A DNA stretch of 64,000 bases, from the NCBI RefSeq assembly GCF_009914755.1, contig NC_060940.1; one strand, written 5' to 3'. This document shows positions 1-13,349 of the stretch, piece after piece (the stretch's first letter is position 1; every line of letters begins with the position of its first letter). The stretch comes from the human T2T-CHM13v2.0 reference genome, Homo sapiens. The notes below the pieces were generated by a model. The model searched no databases. It saw only the letters and a program-made list of their open reading frames with translations, and had not been told where the DNA came from. A program made the translations under genes and the position numbers.

Positions 1-269
1 TGATCTTTATCTCCTGCAGAGCGGTTTCAGCCCCGTTAAGAAGGCCAACAGGGAGCTGACCTCAATAGGCCACGGGATACCCTGCTCAGAGTGGACTTGT
101 GAAGAACGATGCTCTTCAGGCAGAAGAGCATTGGCCTCTTCCTAAGAGGCTTTTTGCACCAGCTGCCACAAGAATATGCCCCTCTGCATCTTTTACACAG
201 ATGCACACCGACACTAACAGGATCATGCCATATATGATTGCTGAAGCTGCTCCTTCTTCTCCTTACTTG

Positions 270-460
270 CTTACTTATTCAACAAGCATTTGTTGGGCTC
301 CTAGGCCTGTCAGGTGCTATTCTGGGCCTGGGAGCAACCTGGTAAGCAAGGCAGACAGAATCCCTGCCTGAACAGACTCCACGTTCCAGTCGGGGAAAGG
401 GCTGAGAAACAAATGATCAGAAAAACATGGAAAATGTATTTCAGCTGGCACCAAGTCCTA
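270..460 (-). mobile_element. L2 LINE 3' fragment (continues about 1040-1210 after the Alu and MER20)
   Basis: tattcaacaagcatttgttg... resembles the reverse complement of the L2 3' end; degenerate. Confidence 0.6.
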
Positions 461-494
461 TATAGAAGAAAACAAAAACAAAAAACAAAAAACA

Positions 495-1031
<537 letters not shown>

Positions 1032-1589
1032 TGTTAGAGATAAAAGAATGAGGCAAAAGAGGTATTGCAGCCAGGGTTGTCAGGGAGGGCCATTCTGAGG
1101 GGGTGACACTTCAGCAGAGACATGAATAAAAACTGGTAGTCAACCCTGGGGGAAGAGCTTTCCAAACAGAGAGGACAGCCAGGGCAAAGGTTCTTGATGT
1201 GTTTAAGGAATACTTGCAGACTCAGGTTATTCTTTCTAAAGACTTTAGGGTATTTCACTCTGTGAATTAGATAACTCGGGGAATCCAGATTTCACCTTGG
1301 AATAATTTCTCAACATTGTCTTCCAATAAAAGGAGATTATCTTTCGTTCACCAGAAGGATTGCTGGAGAGTTTCTACCCTACAACTGGCTCCAAGCAGGC
1401 ATCTTGGTGCAAAAAGGCTACATTCTTCTGGGACAAACCCTTTGACCCTTCTTCAGCAACAGGGGCCCTGGGGTAGGGAGGGTGGGTGGGCTCTCCTGCT
1501 TGCAACTGTCAGGAGAGAATTTCTCCCACCTGGATAATCAGGGCAGGATATTCGCAAAGAATATCATGTCCATGACATTTTAAAAATCT

Positions 1590-1720
1590 CACAATAACCT
1601 GGGAAAGTTAACAGGTCCAGGGGCATCACCCCAACCCTCCATTTCATACAGGAAACTGAGCCACAGAGAAAGACAAGACTTGTCCAAGGTTTTATAGACA
1701 GTGAGTGCAGGGCGCTGGAT
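1590..1720 (-). mobile_element. MIR fragment
   Basis: ggaaactgagccacagag...acttgtccaaggt is the MIR core, antisense. Confidence 0.6.
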
Positions 1721-2359
1721 GAGTGTCTCCCTCCATTTTCATCCCTGTTTCCCAGCCACAGAGGTACACCAAGCCATCTCTAATTTTATAAACAAAGCTC
1801 AGCTCTGAGAGTTTCTTTCTCCCAGGCCCACACCCTCTTTGCTGTGACATTTCCTCTTCCCACCTTGAGTCTGCCTCCCAGGGCCCAGCCTCGCTGGAGG
1901 CTTTGATTAAAAATGCACCTCCTAATCTCATCAGAGGCCAGAAACATGCATATATGCAAATCAACATCTGCTCATCTACTCAGGGAAGGATCTTCCCAAA
2001 GTGCTCTGGGAAAAGGAGTCCAGCCCAGTGAACTCTGAAGGGAAGACTCCAGAACATCCAAAAGTCACTTCAAAATCCCAGGGTCCCTGATGAAACTTCA
2101 CCCTTCATGTAATTGGAGGTTCTACTTGAAGGAGCAATAAAGGAGCAGTCATCACAGAGTGGCCTGCCTCAGGCTGAGGCTCTTTGCTGATCAAACCCCT
2201 TCCGCATTACAGGAGACGTGGCCTGGCCCATGGTCTGGGGAAACTTACTGCTCTGGCTGACAAGAGAAACAGTAGCTGATGTTCACTTCTTGGCTTTGAT
2301 GATGTCTTCTTTGCCAATTTGAAGGCATAGATCCCTTTCTGGAGAATTATTGTATGAGT

Positions 2360-2720
2360 TAGGGCACACCACATCAGCTGCTATAACAAGTAAACCTCAA
2401 AGTCTCTGTGCCTTAAGATGATGCAGCTCCATTTCTCACCCATGAGATCTGAAATGGTGACAGGGGTTGGAGATGAGGATGGTTCTGTGCTCAGTGCAAG
2501 CATTCATTGCAAGCTCCCCCAGCATGTGGCCCTGCCCTCCTCCAGGACCTGAGTCCACTCCAGGGAGAATTGCATTGAGGTTCTATGGGCCAACCCTGAA
2601 AGTGACACACATTGCTTAATGCCCACATTCCAATGGCCAGAATTTAGTCACATGGTCTTGCCTAGCTGCAAGTGAGCCTGGGAAATATGATCTTGTGGTG
2701 TGCCCAGGGAGGAAGGGAAG
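2360..2720 (-). mobile_element. Old MaLR LTR (MLT1J/K-like)
   Basis: gcccacattccaatggccagaatttagtcacatgg...ctagctgcaag motif. Confidence 0.6.
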
Positions 2721-3724
2721 GACATGGATGTGAGTGTTCAGAAGTGGTCTCATTCACAACTATCCTCTCAGACAATTACAGAATTGAAAGGGCCCTTAGA
2801 GCACTAATTGGTTTAGGTCCTTTCGTTGTAAGCAACAGAAACAGATAAGCATTGAGACATTCATTGGCAGAATATCAAGGAATTTCAAGCATAGATATGG
2901 CAGGGATGTTCTGGACACCCAGGGAATAGCAACTACAAACATGGTGTCACAGTAGGAGTGGCCTGGTTATGAGTTAGACCACCTGGGGCAAGGAAAGTCT
3001 ACTCACGTCTTCATCCATGAATCATTGGTTCCATGAACAAAGTCCTCATGATTTTAGGTGTGCCTAGATCACACACCTGTTCTCTGATTGCAGAGTGGAG
3101 GGGAGAGGACTAATCTTGTCCTGTTGGCTTCCACATAGCATAGCAAACACCTGAATTCATCATTCCACCCAACTACCCCTTTGAGGGAGAGAGATAATTC
3201 TCCAAAAGGAAATAAGGGTGCTGATTTCAGGAGACTGGGTGATGGGATCCAATGAGTGTCTGCTACTGATTAAAATGCTTCCTTTACAGGTGGATCCACT
3301 GGGCACAGGAGAGGGGAAGTCAGGGAAGAGGCAGAACTGGAGCCTTGATCTCTTGATGGTTGCAGTAATTGCATTTTGTTTGAGTGGCATATGGAATTTG
3401 ATGCCATGTTTCTTTTCAAAGCCTGTGAGGCCCAATGTCTCTTTTCTGATAATTCTGCCTTGTCAGGGTCGGCAGTCACCTTGGTTCTCTCTAGAGGAGA
3501 TATGTCTGTTGGGAAGTCTGATTTTCAGACTTACATTAGAAGGGCATAAAGGCAAAGAGCATCTGTAGGAGAATCGCAGGGTGCAGCCTTGAATAAGGAC
3601 CATAGGTCTGGCATTTGGATAGGTGACTGGTATCTATGCCTCTCCAAGCTACCCAATACTTTTATGCACATTTTTTGGGAAAAATATATTTGTATATGAT
3701 TACATTCAAAATGTGTGGTGAACA

Positions 3725-4265
3725 TGAGTTGTTTTGCCTATCCATCATCTGTGCACCCTTGCGTTGAAAAGAGCATCCCAATTTCCTTTGGGGAACTGAT
3801 CCACCTCCTCTTTTAGGCCACGTATTCAGGTGGGACTGACTTTATCCCCAAGCCCCAGCGGGAACATGTGACGCAGGCTTGACCCATCAGAATCACAGTG
3901 ATTGGTTCAGGAGTGGGCACATGACCTGGTCTGGGCCAACCAAATGGAATTCTGGGACTTCTGCAAGAGCAAAGGATACAGAGATGCTCTCTTTCTATTG
4001 CTGTACATAAGGTCTGCCTAGACTTGCTGGTGGCCATCATTCCTGCCAAAGGTTGAAGCCACACAGAGGAAGGCAGATGTAAAGATGGAAAACAGTAGAT
4101 CCCCCGATGACATCATGTAATGCCTGGGTCATCCGTGCCTGATGCCTGACAAGCTTCTTCTGAACATTTTAATCACAGGACCTCAAAAATTCCTTTTTGT
4201 CTTAAACTGGTTTGAGCCAGGTTTTCTCTACTTGCAAATTGTAAATGAAAGACTTCTTCTTAACA
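3725..4265 (+). mobile_element. Old MaLR LTR (MLT1K/L-like)
   Basis: gtgattggttcaggagtgggcacatgacc...aaattcctttttgtcttaaactggtttgag. Confidence 0.6.
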
Positions 4266-5199
4266 TAAAATATTAACACTGGTAGTCTCAGGTTGTAGGA
4301 TTAGAGAGCTTTTACTTTCTTCTTTTATTTTACTTCTCTGAATTGTATATCATAAACTTGGATTACTTTTGTAATTAAAAAAAGTTACATAAAAAATGCT
4401 TTCTGTCTTCCCCATGCACCAGGGCCAAAGCAGTTTTTTTTTCCCTCCTGGTAGCCCAGAAGGGCCCAGTAAGAAAAACAGAGGTGAGGAACACCAACCT
4501 GTTAAGGCTGTTTTGTGTATCAGTGTGTCGGGTCCTGGTGTATATTACCTTATTGCATCTCCACAAAGGCAAAACCAAGGAGGTCTTGTTTTTAACCCCC
4601 TATTCACAGACTAGGCTCCAGGAGTTGACATCTTTAACCAAGGTCACACCAGTAGTAAGTTTCAAGGCGGGGGATTCAGCTTCAGATTTTCCTGATGCCA
4701 AAGCTCTCTTTTTGCTGTCTAGCCTGGCAACAGGTGAATGAGGTTCAATCCTAGCCAGCAATCCCTGGAGGGCTGATCACTATTGAAGTGAGCCCTGAGA
4801 CTATAGAGACCCTTAGACCACATCGACGTGTTTAGTGTTTGTGGGGTCAGGCACAGAGGGCAGAAAAAAGATCAGTGAGATTTGTCTCGGCCAGTTCAGA
4901 AAAACAGGTAAATTTAATGACTATCGTATCATTTAAACATAGGCAGACATATTTGTGTTTCTGTGTATATGTGTGTATGTTTATATCTATGTCATCATTA
5001 CTTTTACACCTTTGTAACTACTGCTGTTGGACTGAACCACATAAAATTGATATTAGACCATTTTTGATCTATTAGAGTGGTTCTTTCAAATAGTTTAACC
5101 CTGTACCTATATCATCTATAGTTATATCTATGTCTGTCTATATCTCTTTTTTTCACAAAAGATTCCTGTAAGTCTGAGGGTACCACCACTGCCTCCCCT

Positions 5200-6060
5200 C
5201 TCTTCCGGGATGCCCCGAGATGCAGAGGAAACCAGGCCTTGAGAACCCCAGGGCCAAGAAGGCCCGTGGATACCTGCGCAGCATCTGCGGCTCCCCTGGC
5301 CTCTGAGGAAGCAGCCCCCCTCCACTCTCTTGGCTGACCAGGGAAGGCCCCAATTCATTGGCTACGGCCCCCTCTGCAGCAGAAGGGAGACATCAATGGA
5401 CCATTTGACACTGGCACTGGTTTGCTATTGATAGGCAAGAAAAAGGCAGCTCACAGGGGATGGGCCCATTCCTGCACATCCTGGGGTGAGGCGGGAGGCT
5501 GCAGGGCAGAGCCAGGGCTGAGGGAGGCGGGTCCACTCTAGGCCCTGCCCTGGGCCAGTCCAGTCTCTGCCTTGCTGCCCTCCCACTTCTGCAAGGGACG
5601 CCTGACATGACGGACCCACTCTCCCCAGCCCTGCCTGCCCACCGTGCCGGTCCCCTCACAGGCTCAGTTAGCCTGGCCTCCAGAGTCCCCTCCTCAATCC
5701 CTGCGGCCCCTGGCTGCCCAGCTCGGTCCCCGGACGCCTACTCTGGCCACGGGCCTGTTTGTGGAGCCATCCCAGGCAGCCCCGAGCTTCTGTCTTCCTA
5801 TTTAGAAAAACAAACAAAAGCCGGTTCGATTACCACGGGCAGGCTGTGAAGCATCCAACACAAACCGAAGCCGCCCGCCTGGCGTCTCCAAATGCCCCGG
5901 GTTCGGTTCAGGCAGTCCCAGGACATTTGCCTCGTTCCTGCTCTGGCCTTGTCACCAGACACTCCACGCCTCCTGAGAGGCTGTGTGGAACGGGGCTGGG
6001 CAGCGCCTAGGCTGCAAAAGAAGCCCGGAACCCTGATGTCCTCAATCCCGAGCAAGGCTG
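5200..6060. promoter_or_regulatory. GC/CpG-enriched unique segment (weak CpG-island-like; candidate enhancer or lncRNA promoter)
   Basis: Visibly more CpG than the flanks (e.g. gaagccgcccgcctggcgtc), a CCAAT box near 5357, no recognisable TE. Confidence 0.4.
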
Positions 6061-6360
6061 AAGCCCACTTGTACGCTGAAGCCCTACAATGTCTTGCTTC
6101 AGAAGGACTTAGGGATAACTTTGTCCAATACCCATTTAACAGATGGGAAAACTGAGGCCAGAGAGTAGGGACTTTCCAGGGTTACTCAGTGAATTTTGGA
6201 CAAAACCTTTAAAAGTTATAACCAGAGTCAGGAGCTAAATGGAAGGATTTGAGGAACAACTCCTGGAGGATTTTTTTTCTCCATGAGTCTCTTCCCTAAG
6301 GTCATGAATAGTCTAAAATTCCACCATTAGAGCACTATTCCTTGAATCTAGATGCATTAA

Positions 6361-6672
<312 letters not shown>

Positions 6673-6785
6673 CTGGAGAAATCTCCTTGACACTGAGTTA
6701 AGGAAAGAAAGCAAAGTATATACAAATATCTAAAAGTATTCAGTATTCTACAATATATATGTAATACATATAATTTTAAAAATCA

Positions 6786-6817
6786 TACACTCACACACAC
6801 ACACACACCCCACACAC
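6786..6817. repeat. (CA)n microsatellite, interrupted
   Basis: Direct reading. Confidence 0.85.
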
Positions 6818-6989
6818 GGAGAACATTTCTGGCAGTGGATCCAAGAAACTACGAGCAGAGGTTGCCTCTGGGGAGAAAGGCAGAAGATACACAATCATAG
6901 GGAGACTGACTTTTCATTGTATGCTCTTCTGTATAATTTTCACTAGGTGAATTTTTACTTTGCAATAATAAAAATGAAGGCAGACATTC

Positions 6990-7210
6990 ACCAGCCCTTA
7001 CTATAAGCAGATCTTGTTCTTGGTGTTTTGTATTAACTCATTTTATTCTTGTAATAGCCCTGCCAGGAGCGTATTATTATTGTCCCCATTTCACAGACTG
7101 GAAGACTGAGCCATTGAGATATTAAGTAACTTGCTTAAGGCCACACAAGCCAGTAGATAGCAGAACTGAAATTAGAACCCTGATAGCCCAGCTCCCAAGT
7201 GCAGACATGT
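6990..7210 (-). mobile_element. MIR
   Basis: ccccatttcacagactggaagactgag...attaagtaacttgcttaaggccacac. Confidence 0.75.
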
Positions 7211-7690
7211 AACCTCTGTATTCATCTGCTGCTTCATAAAAACTGCTTGACAAATAGATTGAGACATGAAAAGGTGTGCCCTGGGAAGGAACAGGGAACA
7301 GATGTGCAAATGGTCACAGAAGCTTCCTTTCAGCTCCAAAGCCTTCAGCAATGAGAGTCTATCGGGCCTGCTAGAGTTGCTTTGTGAGCAGGGAGTGGGG
7401 CCAGAGAGAGAACTGCCCATGCATGCGACATAGCAGGAGGAGGTGCCTCTGGAGTGGTGGGCTCTTGGAGGGTGGGGAAGGCATGCCCTCCAGGTTAAGG
7501 TCTAATGAAAACCTGTTCATCACCCACCAGCTGACCAGCCACAGAGGGGTGGGCAGGAGCCAGGACCCCACCCTAGACTAAGGAAGAAGCTGATTTTCAG
7601 GACCTGCTTCTTCAGCAGGTGCAGTGGGAGGATCTCGGGTCCAGTGCTGCTTCTTAAAATTTCTAACCATTGGATAAGAATAAATAAACA

Positions 7691-8126
7691 CAGTTGATCC
7701 TTGAACAACCCAGGTTTGCACCGTGTGGGCCCACTTACATGTGGATTTTCTCCCAACTCTGCCATTCCTGAGAGAGCAAGACCAACGCCTCCTCTTCCTC
7801 CTCCTCAGCCTACTCAACCTGAAGATTAGGAGGATGAAGACCTTTATGATGATCCACTTCCATCTAATGATTATTAAGTACATTTTCTCTTCCTTATGTT
7901 TTTAGTAACATGTTCTTTTCTCTAGCTGACTTTGTTGTAGGAATACAGCACATAATACATCTAACATACAAAATATGTGTTAATTGACTGTTTATGTTAT
8001 TAGTAAGGCTTCTGGTCAACAGTGGGTTATTAGTAGTTAAGTTTTGGGGGAATCAAAAGTTATACACAGATTTTCAACTGTGCAGGGGTTGGCACCTTTA
8101 GCCCCTGTGTTATTCAAGAGCCAACC
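7691..8126 (+). mobile_element. Tigger2a (TcMar-Tigger non-autonomous element)
   Basis: TIRs cagttgatccttgaacaac ... gttattcaagagccaac; internal gaagacctttatgatgatccacttcc; about 435 bp. Confidence 0.9.
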
Positions 8127-8163
8127 TAAATAAATACATACATAGTCATAATAAAAATAGTAG

Positions 8164-8575
8164 TGTGACAGATTAAAGATGGCCACAGATTCTTTGACAT
8201 CCTTCCATGGAGAGGTGGGTTCCATGCTTCTTCTTCTTGGACCTGGATGCTCTGTGACTGCTTTGATGAATAGAATTTGCTGGAAGTAAATTGTGCTACT
8301 TTCCAGGCTCAGGCCTTAAGAGACCAGCAGCTTCCACTTCCTGCCTCTTGGAGCCCTGAGCCACCATCTTGTAAGAATTTCAACTCCATGGAGAGGGAAA
8401 GAGGCCCAGATAAGCCCTGTCTTCCACCTTGTCCGGACAAGGCACTAATAATGTGAGTGAAGGCATCTTGGGTCCTCCACATTAGCCCTGTCACTAGCTG
8501 ATGCCACCAAGCAATGCCAGTCATCTCCACTCAGAGCAAACAGATTGTCCTGCCGAGGCCTGCTCAAATACCCAA
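8164..8575 (+). mobile_element. MLT1H-like MaLR LTR
   Basis: tgtgacagattaaagatggccac...ggccttaagagaccagcagcttccacttcctgcctcttgg. Confidence 0.75.
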
Positions 8576-9320
8576 CTCATGTAACCACCACCCAGTCAAG
8601 GGAGAGAATATTGCCAGAAATCCCAAGCCCCTGTAGTGCCCCAGACAATCACCACCCCTTCTCTGCCCCAGACAATCACCACCCCTTCTCTGCCCCGAGA
8701 AGTAACCATCATCTAAGCTGTTTCGTAAGGTTTTCCTCCCTTCTAAAAGTTGATTTTATCATCCACGTACAGATACGTAAATACGTAGGTTAGTTTTGTT
8801 CTTTTTTGAACTTCATATAAATGGAATCACACAATATGCATTCATTTATGTCTTACTTCTTTTACTGAGCATCAGGTTTGTGTGAGTCATTCATGTTGTT
8901 GCCTATATCAATATTTTGGTCATTTTCATTGCTGTATAGCACTCCATTTTATGGGTACACGACAATGTATTTATTGGTTCTATTATTGATGTTGTTTCCA
9001 GTGTCGGCCTGTTTGGTACAATGCTGCCATGCTCATTCTTGACTGTGTAGAATATAGACTCACATGTCCTAATATGTGCCAAGAAGTGGAATTTCTGAGT
9101 ATGGTCTTTGCATATCTTCAACTCTTCTAGACAACATCTTGCCTCAACTTGCAGTCCCACCAGTGGTGTCTGAGATTGTCATGTGAACTGTACCTCATTG
9201 CTGGTTTAATTTGCATCTCTCTGATGACTAATGAAGTCAGGCATTACTTTATATATTTATTAGCCATTTGAATTTTTCTCTTTTGTGAAAAGCCTGTTTA
9301 AACTGTCTCCCTATTTCTCA
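8575..9320 (-). mobile_element. Old L1 (L1M) fragment
   Basis: catataaatggaatcacacaatatg and ttaatttgcatctctctgatgactaatg are antisense L1 3' region. Confidence 0.75.
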
Positions 9321-9592
9321 GCTGACTATCCAGGATTTAAAAATTTTAATTTGTCTGCAGCCTTTAAACAGTGAGAAACTCTATACTAAAATACAGATGT
9401 CTGGTTTCAATAAAGAAAAGGGACTCTTTGACCACCCCAGGCTGGTGTTTCTGCATGGCAGTGATTGGATGGGAGTGAATAGTGGAGATTCCCTTAGGGT
9501 GTGGGTCACCAAAGTCCCAGGGTGCCTACAATGAGGGATGTCGCATTCATTCATGTGCCATGTTCTCTAGGCATTTAGATTTTAGACCTATG
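9320..9592. mobile_element. MER102-like hAT fragment
   Basis: aaaatacagatgtctggtttc...ggcatttagattttagaccta resembles the MER102 end. Confidence 0.45.
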
Positions 9593-9642
9593 ATTTATTT
9601 TCTCTGAGCTGTGTCAGACACCTCTATCTCTATATCCACCTG

Positions 9643-9808
9643 CTTTTTTTTTTCTTCTTTCAAGAGAGGGTCTTGCTCTGTTGCCTAGGCTGGAGTGCAG
9701 TGGTGCAATCACAGCTACTGCATCCTCTACCTCCCAGGCTCAAGCAATCCTCCCACCTCAGCCTCCCAAAGTGTTGGGATTACAGGTGTGAACCACTGCA
9801 TCCAGTCT
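9643..9808 (-). mobile_element. Alu monomer (FRAM-like or internally deleted AluJ)
   Basis: Single antisense arm of about 165 bp with a T tract. Confidence 0.85.
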
Positions 9809-9837
9809 ATATCCATCTGCTTTTCACCCAACCTGCT

Positions 9838-10295
9838 TCGGTGGGTTAATTACAGAAATGGCCCAATTTGTTCATGCCTCCTGTGTCTTCATCCTTTGGT
9901 AGTGGGGCCGTGCCCTCTATGTGACTTGCTTTGGCCAATAGAACAGTGGCAACACAAGCAGAGACTTAAAAAGCACTTGCCTTCTTGCAGCTCTTGAAAC
10001 CGTATAACCTGAGCTAGACTGCTAGACGATGAACAAACTCATGGAGAGAAGCCAAAGCAGTCCAAGGTATCCCAGCTGAGGCCATCATTATCCTGCCAGG
10101 CCCAAGTGATCCACTTGTCGACTGCAGACGCGTGAACAAACCCAGTCAAGATGCGTCAAAGCTGGCTTAGTCCAGAAGAAGTCTCACCAAAGCTCAGTCC
10201 AAATTGCTGTCCTGCAGAATTGTGAAATAACAAAGGTTGTTTTTAAAGCTACTAAGTTTTGGGGGGTTTTGTTACACAGCACATCAAAGTGATAC
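9838..10295 (+). mobile_element. MLT1G/H-like MaLR LTR
   Basis: Ends ctactaagttttggggggttttgttacacagca...gataca. Confidence 0.7.
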
Positions 10296-10539
10296 ACTTG
10301 CCAACTGAGTTTTCCACAAACCCCAGCGATGTCAGGGAGGAATATAGGTAAGTATTAAAAACCTGCTTCCACATCTACATCTCTACATGGAGCAATAACT
10401 ATCCTGGGCCCTGGATCCCCTCCTCCAGATGGCTGGGGGCCCAAACCCCACTGTCCTTTCCCCACTGTCCCAAACCCGACTCCTACCCTCGTTTACTCTC
10501 CTTGAATGCCTGGTTTATTGTGATCTCCTCATCTTACAA

Positions 10540-10830
10540 AGAGCCCAGGCAATAACCTAGTGTAATTGGTTAATATTTTCTCACCTTAATTAAAAGTCCA
10601 AATGGGAATATTGGCAGCTTAGGCCCTTATTTGAAAATTGAGCCATATTCCCATTAATAGGAAAGCCTAATTAAGACATCCGTTAAAAGTCGATAACATT
10701 AACTTAATGGGGGAGAGCCAGAAGGAATTCAATTAGATTTTATTTCTGTGAAATTAATATTAGCAACTTAAAAAAATGTCTCCAATGCTAATTGTTATTC
10801 ATAAAAAGCTCTTTGAGCATTAGAATGGGA
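10540..10830. promoter_or_regulatory. Candidate conserved homeodomain-site enhancer with internal inverted repeat
   Basis: Dense TAATT/ATTAAT sites, AT-rich, no recognisable young TE. Confidence 0.55.
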
Positions 10831-11097
10831 GTCTCATTAGACTGTCTTAGAGATCTGGCTAAACTCAAATGGGTGTCTAGCTGAAGATGGAGAGTGGATG
10901 CACCAAGTCTTGGACTGAGAAGATGCAATTCATGGCATCTAATCTGAAACTTCCCAATAGTCCTAACCCTAGAGGCTCCAGAGTGGGAATCTGGAGACCT
11001 GAGTTTCAGTTGACGGACTTTGGCCAAGCCCTTTAGTTTCTACAGATTCAGCTCACTCTTTTTCAAATAGGGCAGCAATTACAATTTTGACTTGCTA

Positions 11098-11175
11098 TTA
11101 GGTTGGTGCAAAAGTATTTGCAGCTTTCGTTATTACTTTAATGTCAAAAACCACATTACCTTTGCAGCAACCTAA
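11098..11175 (+). mobile_element. MADE1 (Hsmar1-derived MITE)
   Basis: ttaggttggtgcaaaagta...tacctttgcagcaacctaa TIRs with TA on both sides. Confidence 0.92.
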
Positions 11176-11354
11176 TATGTCACAGGTGTCTCTTGAGGCT
11201 GTAAGATAATGAGGATAAAGAGATAAACTTGGTGCAAAGGGAGGAAAGAGGAAGAAGAAGGAGTCTGGATTCTGCCTATGCAATCTTTAATATGCTTCAG
11301 GATGGACTGATCTAGAATGTAGAGGGCACTCAATTAATGGCAGCTTTTGTCTTT

Positions 11355-11813
11355 TTTTAAAATTTTACTTTAAGTTCTGGGATACATGCGCAGAACGTGC
11401 AGGTTTGTTACATAGGTATACGTGTGCCATGGTGGTTTGCTGCACCTATCAACCCATCATCTAGGCTTTAAGCCCTGCATGCATTAGGTATTTGTCCTAA
11501 TGCTCTCCCTCCCCTCAACCTCCACCCCTCAACAGGCCCTGGTGTGTGATGTTCCCCTCCCTGTGTCCATGTATTCTCATCGTTCAACTCCCACTTATAA
11601 GTGAGAACACATGATGTTTGGTTTTGTGTTTCTGTGTTAGTTTGCTGAGAGTGATGGCATCCAGCTTCATCTATGTCCCTGCAAAGGACATGAACTCATT
11701 CTTTTTTATGGCTTCATAGTATTCCATGGTGTATATGTGCCACATTTTCTTTATCCAGTCTGTCATTGATGGACATTTGGGTTGGTTCCAAGTCTTTGCT
11801 ATTGTAAATAGTG
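11355..11813 (-). mobile_element. 5'-truncated L1PA (L1PA7/8-like) 3' end
   Basis: Antisense L1PA 3'UTR; 16-bp TSD ggcagcttttgtcttt at 11339-11354 and 11814-11829. Confidence 0.93.
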
Positions 11814-13050
11814 GGCAGCTTTTGTCTTTATTATGTCAGCGGCTTAGGTTTTGTGAAAGAACATTGTACCAAAAAATTTACCAAAAATTATTTTTGGTAA
11901 AAAAAGTTATGGTTCACTTACACAATACAAGAAATTTTAACATGTAAAAAATAAAAATCAAAACAAAAATCATTCTAAATAGCCATCGTTCGCATTAGTG
12001 CATGTTGCCACAGCTGTTCCTCTCCACATACGCACTGATGGAAAGGAGGGTAGACCAATAGGAAATCAGGCAGATGGATCCAAACAGAAGTGAGTTATAA
12101 AAATGGGCTCCTGTTATGTATTTATGTTACTTTGAATAAAAGCTATTGAATACATTTAGCTTGAATTTAATGAAAGAAAAGTAAACTGTTATGAAACCAT
12201 TAGTTAAAAAAAGATGGCTGAGTATTTAATTTCAAGAAATATTCATTCCAAAAAGAATTGGAGTTTAAGAAAAAAGATTGTGAAAACATTAAAAGTCTGA
12301 GTGTCTATCAGAAGGGGCATTTTTGGCTGTAAGTAATGGAAAAGTGACCACACTTGCTTAAACAGTAAGGGCATATTTGCGTTTACAGAAGTCTAGTGTT
12401 CGGCGGTTTCTAGTTATTCCATTCTATCAGGCAGTTCAATAATTTCATGGAGGATCAGAGTTCTGTTTCTCTCTGCTACTCTAGAGCTGGCTCTGTCCTA
12501 AGGATGGTTCCTCATGGCTATAGCATTTCTTGGTGCTAAGATAACTAACTTTACAGAGCCATGACTTATCTACTTTCTCTGCATTATTTGGGTTCTCACA
12601 ACCACCCCAAAGGAAGCTACCATCATTATCTCTCTTATAGAAAAGGAAAACTCATTATTTAACAGGATAGCCTACCATATTAAATGGTTCTTATTTCATT
12701 TAACTCATTTGATTAAACTGTATTCTAAAACATTTGGAGTTTCTCCTCCTATTCACTCTTAATCCTGGCATATGCATTTGTAAATTGTGATGTCATTGGG
12801 ACTATATTTAAGTTTGACTTGGCCACATTAACATGTCCTAAGACTCAGTGCAGAGAAGCATGGCAGTACGTTCTTTGACACAAGGATGGCATTAAATAAT
12901 CATTTTCGAACCTGTGTAATAAAGCCTGAAAGCAGGGAAAATAATCTGCTTTTCCCCTTTTTTGTGTTGTCTGTAGGAATTGATTTGGGATTTTTTGTTT
13001 TGTGTTTTCATTTTAAATGTAAATGGATGATCTTTTATAAGAAATAAATA

Positions 13051-13175
13051 GAATCACTTGAACCAGGGAGTCAGAGATTGCAGTGAGCTGAGATCGTGCC
13101 ACTGCACTCCAGCCTGGCAATAGAGTGAGACTTTGTCTCAAAAAAAATTCAAAAATTAAAAATAAATAAATAAAT
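13051..13175 (+). mobile_element. 5'-truncated Alu (part of the right arm)
   Basis: gaatcacttgaacc...gagactttgtctc with an A/(TAAA) tail; aataaatagaa repeated on both sides (TSD). Confidence 0.9.
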
Positions 13176-13349
13176 AAATAGAAGCTTTATTGGGTTCCTT
13201 TGTTCATAAACCAAAAAGCAATAAATGAATCCCTGTATTCCCCGCCCCCTCCCCCCTAGAAAAAAGGAAAGGAAGGCTCAGAGAAGTTAAGTAACTTACT
13301 CAGAGTCACACAGCTTGCAACTGGTAGAATAACAATTCCAAAGACACAG

